Positions 13,401 through 25,400 of a stretch of 64,000 nt of DNA are shown piece after piece. Position numbers and translations under genes: made by a program. A model generated the notes under the pieces. That model worked only from the letters and a program-made list of their open reading frames with translations, was not told where the DNA came from and did not search any database. Origin of the DNA: Tubiluchus corallicola (taxonomy: Eukaryota; Animalia; Priapulida); NCBI GenBank assembly GCA_030141605.1, contig JAQGDQ010000561.1, forward strand, positions 1-64,000. The letters run 5' to 3'. Numbering within the stretch: position 1 is the first letter of the stretch; each line of letters starts with the position of its first letter.

Positions 13401-16400
13401 CCTTCTATGAATGAGTCGGTGAGACTTAAAGGTAAAGTCCACAAAGAGGTGGTCAGACCCGCTCTAATCTATGGGCTGGAAGCAGCTTCTCTAAAGAAGA
13501 CCGAAGAGAAGAAAATGGGTGTGGTGGAGATGAGGATGTTGAGATGGATGGTGGGAATAACAAGAAGAGATAAAATTACAAATAATAAGATCAGAGGAAC
13601 AGTAAAAGTAGTGGAAGCCTCGCAAGACTGCGATGGTATGGACACCTGAAAAGAAGAGTCGGTGAAGATCATGTGGGAATTGAAGAGATAAATGAAGAGA
13701 TGGTCAACAACAGGAATGCGTGGAGAAGACTCATTCACAACGGTGACCCCGAATAGGGAAGAGCTGGGAAGAAGAAGAAGAAGCAAAAATTCTAAATTAA
13801 TGAATAACAGAGAAGTCTTCAGTTTTATCCAGCATTTACATATGGCCTGAAATGTTTTTCAGGCACAGCACTAAATTAACTGTATTTAATATAATCAGAA
13901 AATGGACTGATTTCACTAAAGTTTCCTAAGAAAATAAGAAACTCGCCTCAGTTCCTTCATCCGCTGCCATTCCTCCTGCTCTTCCAGGATGGCCTTTTTA
14001 CGTGCTAGTTCCTCCTGCCGCTGTCTCTCAGCTTCCGCTTGCCTGGCAACGAAAACAAGATAATTAGAAACAATCTCTCCCATTCACAGATACAGCTGCA
14101 ATCTCTTCCATTCCCAGATACAGTTGCAATATCTTCCATTCACAGATACAGCTGCAATCTCTCCCATTCACAGATACAGCTGCAATCTCTTCCATTCCCA
14201 GATACAGTTGCAATCTCTCCCATTCACAGATACAGTTGCAGTCTCTCCCATTCACAGATACAGTTGCAGTCTTTCCCATTCACAGATACAGTTGCAATCT
14301 CTCCCATTCCCAGATACAGCTGCAATCTCTCTCATTCACAGATACAGTTGCAATCTCTCCCATTCACAGATACAGTTACAATCTCTCCCATTCACGGACA
14401 CAGTTGCAATCTCTCCCATTCACAGATACAGTTGCAATCTTTCCCATTCACAGATACAATTGCAATCTCTCCAATTCACAGATACAATTGCAATCTCTCC
14501 CATTCACAGATACAGTTGCAGTCTCTCTCATTCACAGATACAGTTGCAATCTCTCCCATTCACAGATACAGTTGCAATCTCTCCCATTTACAGATACAGC
14601 TGCAATCTCTACCATTCACAGATACAGTTGCAATCTCTCCCACTCACAGATACAGTTCCAATCTCTACCATTCACAGATACAGCTGCAATCTCTACCATT
14701 CACAGTCACAGTTGCAATCTCTCCCACTCACAGATACAGTTGCAATCTCTACCATTCACAGATACAGTTCCATTCTCTTCCATTCACAGACACAGTTCCA
14801 ATCTCTCCCATTCACAGATACAGTTCCAATCTCTCCCATTCACAGACACAGTTGCAATCTCTGCCATTCACAGACACAGTTGCAATCTCTTCCATTCACA
14901 GATACAGTTCCAATCTCTTCCATTCACAGACACAGCTGCAATCTCTCCCATTCACAGACACAGTTCCAATCTCTCCCATTCACAGATACAGTTCCATTCT
15001 CTCCCATTCACAGATACAGTTGCAATCTCTCCCATTCACAGTCACAGTTGCAATCTCTTCCATTCACAGACACAGTTGCAATCTCTCCCATTCACAGATA
15101 CAGCTGCAATCTCTCCCATTCACAGACACAGTTGCAATCTCTCCCATTCACAGATACAGTTCCATTCTCTTCCATTCACAGACACAGTTCCAATCTCTCC
15201 CACTCACAGATACAGTTCCAATCTCTACCATTCACAGATACAGCTGCAATCTCTACCATTCACAGATACAGTTGCAGTCTCTCCCATTCACAGATACAGT
15301 TCCATTCTCTCCCATTCACAGATACAGTTGCAATCTCTCCCATTCACAGTCACAGTTGCAATCTCTCCCATTCACAGATACAGTTGCAGTCTCTCCCAAT
15401 CACAGATACAGCTGAAGTCTCTCCCATTCACAGATACAGTTGCAATCTCTCCCATTCACAGATACAGTTGCAATCTCTCCCATTCACAGATACAGTTGCA
15501 ATCTCTCTCATTCCCAGATACAGTTCCAATCTCTCCCATTCCCAGATACAGCTGCAATCTCTCCCATTTACAGATACAGTTCCAATCTCTCCCAATTACA
15601 GATACAGCTGCAATCTCTCTCATTCACAGATACAGCTGCAATCTCTACCATTCACAGATACAGTTGCAGTCTCGCCCATTCACAGATACAGTTCCAATCT
15701 CTCCCATTCACAGATACAGTTGCAATCTCTTCCATTCACAGATACAGTTCCAATCTCTCCCATTCACAGATACAGCTGCAATCTCTCCCATTCACAGATA
15801 CAGTTGCAATCTCTCCCATTCACAGATACAATTGCAATCTCTCCCATTTACAGATACAGCTGCAATCTCTCCCATTCACAGATACAATTGCAATCTCTTC
15901 CATTCACAGATACAGTTGCAATCTCTCCCACTCACAGATACAGTTCCAATCTCTCCCATTCACAGATACAGTTGCAATCTCTCCCATTCCCAGATACAGT
16001 TGCAGTCTCTACCATTCACAGATACAGTTCCAATCTCTTCCATTCACAGATACAGTTCCAATCTCTCCCATTCCCAGATACAGTTGCAATCTCTCCCATT
16101 CACAGATGCAGTTGCAATCTCTCCCATTCACAGACACAGTTGCAGTCTCTCCCATTCACAGATACAGTTCCAATCTCTCCCATTCACAGATACAGTTGCA
16201 GTCTCTCCCATTCACAGATACAGTTCCAATCTCTCCCATTCACAGATACAGTTGCAATCTCTCCCATTCACAGATACAGTTGCAATCTCTCCCATTCACA
16301 GATACAGTTGCAATCTCTCCCATTCACAGATACAGTTGCAATCTCTCCCATTCACAGATACAGTTGCAATCTCTCCCATTCACAGATGCAGTTGCAATCT

Positions 16401-19400
16401 CTCCCATTCACAGACACAGTTCCAATCTCTCCCATTCACAGATACAGTTCCAATCTCTCCCATTCACAGATACAGTTGCAATCTCTCCCATTCACAGATA
16501 CAGTTGCAATCTCTACCATTCACAGATACAGTTGCAATCTCTCCCACTCACAGATACAGTTCCAATCTCTCCCATTCACAGATACAGTTGCAATCTCTTC
16601 CATGCCCAGACACAGTTCTAATCTCTCCCATTCACAGATACAGTTGCAATCTCTCCCACTCACAGATACAGTTCCAATCTCTACCATTCACAGATACAGT
16701 TGCAATCTCTCCCACTCACAGATACAGTTCCAATCTCTACCATTCACAGATACAGCTGCAATCTCTACCATTCACAGATACAGTTGCAATCTCTACCATT
16801 CACAGACACAGTTCTAATCTCTCCCATTCACAGATACAGTTCCAATCTCTACCATTCACAGACACAGTTGCAATCTCTCCCACTCACAGATACAGTTCCA
16901 ATCTCTCCCATTCACAGATACAGTTACAATCTCTTCCACTCACAGATACAGTTCCAATCTCTCCCACTCACAGATACAGTTCCAATCTCTACCATTCACA
17001 GATACAGTTGCAATCTCTCCCACTCACAGATACAGTTCCAATCTCTACCATTCACAGATACAGTTGCAATCTCTCCCACTCACAGATACAGTTCCAATCT
17101 CTACCATTCACAGATACAGCTGCAATCTCTACCATTCACAGATACAGTTGCAATCTCTACCATTCACAGACACAGTTCTAATCTCTCCCATTCACAGATA
17201 CAGTTCCAATCTCTCCCATTCACAGATACAGTTGCAATCTCTCCCATTCACAGATACAGTTCCAATCTCTCGCATTCACAGATACAGTTCCAATCTCTAC
17301 CATTCACAGATACAGTTGCAATCTCTCTCATTCACAGATACAGTTGCAATCTCTCCCATTCACAGATACAGTTGCAATCTCTCCCATTCACAGATACAGC
17401 TGCAATCTCTACCATTCACAGATACAGTTCCAATCTCTCCCATTCACAGATACAGTTCCAATCTCTCCCATTCACAGATACAGCTGCAATCTCTACCATT
17501 CACAGACACAGTTGCAATCTCTCCCACTCACAGATACAGTTGCAATCTCTACCATTCACAGATACAGTTCCATTCTCTTCCATTCACAGACACAGTTCCA
17601 ATCTCTCCCATTCACAGATACAGTTCCAATCTCTGCCATTCACAGACACAGTTGCAATCTCTTCCATTCACAGACACAGTTGCAATCTCTTCCATTCACA
17701 GATACAGTTCCAATCTCTTCCATTCACAGACACAGCTGCAATCTCTCCCATTCACAGATACAGTTCCAATCTCTCCCATTCACAGATACAGTTCCATTCT
17801 CTCCCATTCACAGATACAGTTGCAATCTCTCCCATTCACAGTTACAGTTGCAATCTCTTCCATTCACAGACACAGTTGCAATCTCTCCCATTCACAGATA
17901 CAGTTGTAATCTCTCCCATTCACAGATACAGTTGCAATCTCTCCCATTCACAGATACAGTTCCATTCTCTTCCATTCACAGACACAGTTCCAATCTCTCC
18001 CATTCACAGATACAGTTCCAATCTCTACCATTCACAGATACAGCTGCAATCTCTACCATTCACAGATACAGTTGCAATCTCTCCCATTCACAGATACAGT
18101 TGCAATCTCTCCCATTCACAGATACAGTTGCAATCTCTCCCATTCCCAGATACAGTTCCAATCTCTCCCATTCCCAGATACAGCTGCAATCTCTCCCATT
18201 TACAGATACAGTTCCAATCTCTCCCAATTACAGATACAGCTGCAATCTCTCTCATTCACAGATACAGCTGCAATCTCTACCATTCACAGATACAGTTGCA
18301 GTCTCTCCCATTCACAGATACAGTTCCAATCTCTCCCATTCACAGATACAGTTGCAATCTCTTCCATTCACAGATACAGTTCCACTCTCTCCCATTCACA
18401 GATACAGCTGCAATCTCTCCCATTCACAGATACAGTTGCAATCTCTCCCATTCACAGATACAATTGCAATCTCTCCCATTTACAGATACAGCTGCAATCT
18501 CTCCCATTCACAGATACAATTGCAATCTCTTCCATTCACAGATACAGTTGCAATCTCTCCCACTCACAGATACAGTTCCAATCTCTCCCATTCACAGATA
18601 CAGTTGCAATCTCTCCCATTCCCAGATACAGTTGCAGTCTCTACCATTCACAGATACAGTTCCAATCTCTTCCATTCACAGATACAGTTCCAATCTCTCC
18701 CATTCCCAGATACAGTTGCAATCTCTCCCATTCACAGATGCAGTTGCAATCTCTCCCATTCACAGACACAGTTGCAGTCTCTCCCATTCACAGATACAGT
18801 TCCAATCTCTCCCATTCACAGATACAGTTGCAGTCTCTCCCATTCACAGATACAGTTCCAATCTCTCCCATTCACAGATACAGTTCCAATCTCTCCCATT
18901 CACAGATACAGTTGCAATCTCTCCCATTCACAGATACAGTTCCAATCTCTCGCATTCACAGATACAGTTCCAATCTCTACCATTCACAGATACAGTTGCA
19001 ATCTCTCCCACTCACAGATACAGTTCCAATCTCTACCATTCACAGATACAGTTGCAATCTCTCTCATTCACAGACACAGTTCTAATCTCTCCCATTCACA
19101 GATACAGTTGCAATCTCTACCATTCACAGATACAGTTGCATTCTCTTCCATGCCCAGACACAGTTCTAATCTCTCCCATTCACAGATACAGTTCCAATCT
19201 CTCCCATTCACAGATACAGTTGCAATCTCTCCCATTCACAGATACAGTTCCAATCTCTACCATTCACAGATACAGTTCCAATCTCTCCCACTCACAGATA
19301 CTGTTCCAATCTCTACCATTCACAGATACAGTTGCAATCTCTCCCACTCACAGATACAGTTCCAATCTCTACCATTCACAGATACAGTTGCAATCTCTCC

Positions 19401-22400
19401 CACTCACAGATACAGTTCCAATCTCTACCATTCACAGATACAGCTGCAATCTCTACCATTCACAGATACAGTTGCAATCTCTACCATTCACAGACACAGT
19501 TCTAATCTCTCCCATTCACAGATACAGTTCCAATCTCTCCCATTCACAGATACAGTTCCAATCTCTACCATTCACAGATACAGTTCCAATCTCTCCCATT
19601 CACAGATACAGTTCCAATCTCTACCATTCACAGATACAGTTCCAATCTCTCCCATTCACAGATACAGTTGCAATCTCTCCCATTCACAGATACAGTTCCA
19701 ATCTCTCGCATTCACAGATACAGTTCCAATCTCTACCATTCACAGATACAGCTGCAATCTCTACCATTCACAGATACAGTTGCAATCTCTCCCACTCACA
19801 GATACAGTTGCAATCTCTCCCATTCACAGATACAGTTGCAATCTCTCCCATTCACAGATACAGTTGCAATCTCTCCCATTCACAGATACAGTTGCAATCT
19901 CTCCCATTCACAGATACAGTTGCAATCTCTCCCATTCACAGATACAGTTGCAATCTCTCCCATTCACAGATACAGTTCCAATCTCTCCCATTCACAGATA
20001 CAGTTCCAATCTCTACCATTCACAGATACAGTTGCAATCTCTCCCACTCACAGATACAGTTGCAATCTCTACCATTCACAGATACAGTTGCAATCTCTAC
20101 CATTCACAGACACAGATAAAATTGCAAGGATTTCTACATCTAAAAAGAGCAGAATAATATCTTACTTTTCCTCCATCACTTTTTTCTGCTCGGCAAGCCG
20201 TTTTTGTCGCTCCTGCTCCTCGAACTCTTTCTTCCTCTGCATGAGTTCATCCTTGCGACGTCGCTCCTCTTCCAGCTCCTCCTGCTTCCGCATCCGCTCC
20301 TCGATCGACCTCTTTCTGCGTTCCTCGGCGTCCTGCCTCCGCTTCAACCTTCACGATAGCGCACAAAAATGATATAAGAATGATACTTAGATAGCCTAGC
20401 AATTTCACTGCCCACTGTTCACATTTTACGCTACAATTCATCTGTTTTGGTGCTTAAGGGAAGACCGGTCGATTGTTTAAACTCAACCTCATTTTAATTT
20501 ACTGTCCAAAATATACATTTTCTTGCCTATAAGAGTTACCTAACAGTTGTTCCTTATGTTTGAATAATTAGCTTAGAAAGTTAATTAACGGCAACCGAAC
20601 ACAGCTGTTGCTTACGTCAGAAACTAACCACAGTTTGCGCAATGGCAGGTGTCTTCCCTTGCGCATCAAGCACATTTGAATAAGTGTTACTGTTTAAACG
20701 CATGATGTCACGCAAAATGGCCTCTACATATATGACGTCAGAAACTAGCACCGCAGTTCATGATCATGGTTATCACGGTACCACCTTCTATTTGTCGGCC
20801 ACGCGAATGTGACGAAAAGGCGCCACTGCCAATTTTAGTAGATTCACTGAGCTACGGGTAGCTTTGAAAGTTTAACAAAATTTGAGTATCCGAGGTAATT
20901 ATTATTTAATCTAAGCTTTGATATAAAATAAGCTATTTTAGTTTTCAATAATTTACAGCATTCTTTATTCTGAACTCGTGTTTACACAATCATCCGGTTT
21001 TCCTTTAATATCTGCATTGATGATGTATTTTTAGCTGCTAAAAAGCCTAAGAAGCCATTTTCGGGGCCTGTTGTCACTGATGTTTAAGCCATTTTCGGGG
21101 CCTGTTGTCACTGATGTTTAAGCCATTTTCAGGGCCTGTTGTCACTGATGTTTAAGCCATTTTCGGGGCCTGTTGTCACTGTTGATGAAGTCAAATTAAC
21201 CAAATAAAAGAGTTGCTGTGTGACACCTTGAAAGCTTGGCTTGTTAAGGTGGCACAAATGAGTGAATGAAAGAATGGTTAGAGTTAGTAGACATGATGGA
21301 ATGGGAAGAAATAGTAAGATTAGGGATAGGTAGAAGGAAGGTTTGGTGCCCTAAACTACAGCCTAGTATGCCTAAAGATAAATGCGCCCTGTAAACAAGT
21401 ACCACCCTCTACGGTGCTAGCAGGTTAGCTGGGTAACGTCTTATACATGCGTAAGGAAATAGTAAATGGTAAAAGAGTTTAATTATGAATTTGTCCTCAC
21501 TAGAAGTTTGTAGTTTCTTAGCCTTGCTACCTGACTCATGTGGCAGTTCACTAGTTTAAAGTTATGAAAAGAAAAACATTCTTAGAATTTCAATTTTAGA
21601 ACTTTTGAACAACTTTTTTAAATGTTGATTTCGTTTTTCATTTTTGCCTGTAAACTTTTTTAATTGCATTAAGTTTGTTGTTAAAAATATCGTTCCTTTG
21701 AAGTTTTTAATTTTCTTTTCATTTCTGCATTGTGTTTGCTGAATTTGTTGTTTGTTACATTCAAATGCATATCTCTTGCACTGAAATGAATTTTTTGGTT
21801 GAGGGAGGATGACTAATCATGACCCACACATGGCTGAGACACCTCAGCCAGTTCAGTGCCTTATTTTATTGTATTATTCTAATGATAATTTGAAAAAATT
21901 ATTTGTCTGTATTTAACGATCATACAAATGCATCCAATCAGACATGGAGAAAAACTATAGTATGCGCTTAGAAAAACAGTGCATTAAAAAAGTAAAATTA
22001 GGAGAATTGAACCCAGCACCTAAATATTCGATAAGTTGGGTCAGTGTAAAAATGTAGTGTGTTTCTAGGTATAATATACTCCTACAATATATAAAATAGC
22101 ACCACTGTTCAAATCACGTTGAAAACACCGGTTCTCGTCTGATCACTGAAGTTAAGCGACATAGAGCCTGGTTAGTACTTGGATGGGTGGCCGCCTAGGA
22201 ATAAAATTGGCTGTAGGCTTGCGGGATGCCCACACTGTATCTCGACACTAGGCGGAGGAGCTGCACAAGGCAGCCAATGGCTGGAGGGCTACTACACAAA
22301 CAAAAATGTTTCTGGTAAACAGTTAATGCTTATATTATGCTCAAAACAGGCATTTTTCCATAAACAAACCTAATTTCAAAGTATTAACATTTAAACAGTG

Positions 22401-25400
22401 TGATATGTTAGTCAAAAATTTGATGATTCTACACAAAATAATGCAACGTGTGCAAGTTTAAGACTATCAACACCAGTGACTCAGGAAAGGCAGTTTCAAT
22501 TTAAAAGAAGGATATTTAAAAGCAGCTCAGTACTGGCAGCATTCTTTGTTACTTTGTGGTGAAATTTGGATGAAAGTTTATTGCCTTATTACTAAAGATT
22601 CTATGCCAAGTGTTGTTAATTGTGAAGTACTATTGGAACTATTATTGCTCTGTCTTAGTTACTTACAACAAACTAGACAATTCTTAGTGATCTATAAATC
22701 TGCTTTTATTCTACACGACAAAACTGAAACTGTGAATTAATCTTAGCTTGGTTCAAGTTAAGAAACGTGGCTGGACCATTTCAGAAGAATCAACTTTGAA
22801 TTTGTTGCTGTTCCAATTATTTGTGCCACGATGAAGTTGCCAATCAAAGTTGGATTTTATCTGATGTCTCTGATCATGGTGTGTAGTGGATGGAGCGCAT
22901 GTGATGATCCGTCTTGGCAGTGCGAATGCGATGAGTTTTCCAGTGATAGGACAGAAATGCGTTGCTTTTGGGGAAATTTGTCCCTAACAGACGTACAGAA
23001 TATTTCAAATACATTACCAAAAGATATCGACAGGCTCACGATTTACAACTATTTAAACAGTGAATTTCCAGACAAATTTTTGGCAGGAAAACAGATCGAG
23101 ATTTTGTCCATAGAGTACTCCAAGAAGCTGAAACGCATCAATGAAACCAGTATAGCAGCTGACATCAAGGAATTACACTTGTATAACCTCAATGCTTTAG
23201 AGATAATTGACTCAATGGCATTCCAAGCAATGAAAAGACTGGAGGCTCTCGAAATTTGGGAATGCTCCCAGCTGACATCGATTACTGGGCACTTGTCTTT
23301 TACACAAAGTCCAAATCTCACTAAAATTTACATTGATGAGACATCTATAGAAACACTTAAGGAGCCAAAACTACACAGCAGCGTACTGAATAGCAGCAAT
23401 TTTCTACGGATTAACTTTTGGGGTGAGTTCAATTCAAATTTTTGACTAACAACTTTCAGCAGAGCATGAAGCCAGTGTGGTCAATTGAATACATTTATGT
23501 GTCATAAGATTTAATGAAAACAGTGTCCTTATAATAGGTGAGCAAGTTTGTCTTACGTGATGCTTTAGGTAAAAGTTCTTTCACTATTCTTATAAGTTTT
23601 GTACTTTAATCGTTGTTTTGCTGTTGTTGTTATCGTTGCTGCCATTTTTATAGGAAATAATTTCACATGCGACTGTGACATCAGTTGGGTTTTCAAAAAA
23701 CCGTGGAAGCTAATAGATGATTTTCAATGCCGACAATCAGAAAATGGAAATTACAAAACAGCTACAAAAGCAGACTTTGACTATTGTTACGATGCAGCAA
23801 ACCAAACCACTGAGTCGTCTACAGAGGACTCAACCACTGAGCCGTCTAAAGAGAACTCAACCACTGAGTCGTCTACAGAGAACTCAACCACTGAGTCGTC
23901 TAGAGTGAGCTCAACCTCTGAGTCGTCTACAGAGAACTCAACCACTGAGTCATCTACAGAGAACTCAACCACTGACCCGTCTACAAAGAACTCAACCACT
24001 GAGTCATCTACAGAGAACTCAACCACTGACCCGTCTACAAAGAACTCAACCACTGAGTCGTCTACAGAGAACTCAACCACTGAGTCGTCTACAACAAGCT
24101 TAATCACTACAACATCAGCTAGCTCTTCAAGTGAGCTGTATGGCACACAATGTAAACTGAATGAAGCCTTTGCACTAGTATTCTTAGTTTTAGCAAGTCA
24201 CCTTTTTTACCTGTGAAAATGCCAGCAATACAGCTATTCTCAGTAAAAAGACATTAGCACCACCGTAGTCATTCAGTAAAAGTGCTACGTGGCTAAAAAG
24301 CAGCTACGTTAGAAACTGATAGTTACGAATCAATATGATAAATTTAAAGTAATAATTTAGCCTCATCATAACATTGTGAAAGATTCATCCCAGACTGTAA
24401 AAGTTCTGACAGTCTTTCCTGCATGTGATTTATTCCTTTTTAAACAAACAAGGTGCTTCATTTTGAGAGAGGGAATTTCTGTGTTAAAAAGTCTTGAAGT
24501 TGAAAAAGGGATTTAATTTTTGAAAGTCAAAAAATTCAAGCTAACAAAGAACTGAGGGAAACCCGCATAATTGTTATTAGTGTTCTTTTATCCACTGACC
24601 AGTGGCCAACCATAAGTTCCAGTAACTCTATTGCTAAGTGTGTTGCTATAGATAAGAATAGGTAGAAAAACAATTACACTAGTTAGAGATGAAAGTCTTT
24701 GCGAAGCAATAAGATGGATCACGTCAGAGGTTAGAAAATGAAGAAGTTGAAGTGATGCTAAACTTTTCAGGTTGATGATTGTGTGTAAAGCAGATAGACG
24801 ACCGTTTTATATTTATAACATAATAATATGCCATAATAATATAACATGATATACACATTCATTATGTGCACAATAGCCAGCACTGCTGTTAGATGTTGCG
24901 TTTGTCAACAGTAATATTATATTGCCAATGAAATATAATCAAGGAAATGGTTTGTGTCAGCATTTTCCTCTCCAGATTTCCCAATGTTTGTCAGGATAAA
25001 TTATTGCTACATTAAAATTATTATTTTATAATGTAAATATAGATTTTGTTTTTTAATTTAACGAGGAGAGTTTGCACAGACTGTGTTTGTTTTAAAATAA
25101 ATTTTTTGCTTATATCTTAAAAGCAGTCAACTAGTAGACGTGTTTTAGCCACTAGCATGCAGATGCATAGCACACTTGGCTAATCTAAATTTTATTAACG
25201 TGACTCTCAATCAATTAATCAATTTATTTCACTCCAGCAATACATATACAATACATCAGCATACAATATTATTGAAAACAAAAAGAAAGAGTTTTTGTAA
25301 AAAACGTTGATGAAGTCAAATTAACCAAATAAAAGAGTTGCTGTATGACACCTTGAAAGCTTGGCTTGTTAAGGTGGCACAAGCGAGTGAATGAAAGAAT

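Noticed and set aside
14039-20372. Very long + strand ORFs (up to 1139 aa) in all three frames
   Set aside because: They arise from a stop-free 28-bp unit cycling through the frames; all frames give the same peptide, and the array is intronic and antisense.
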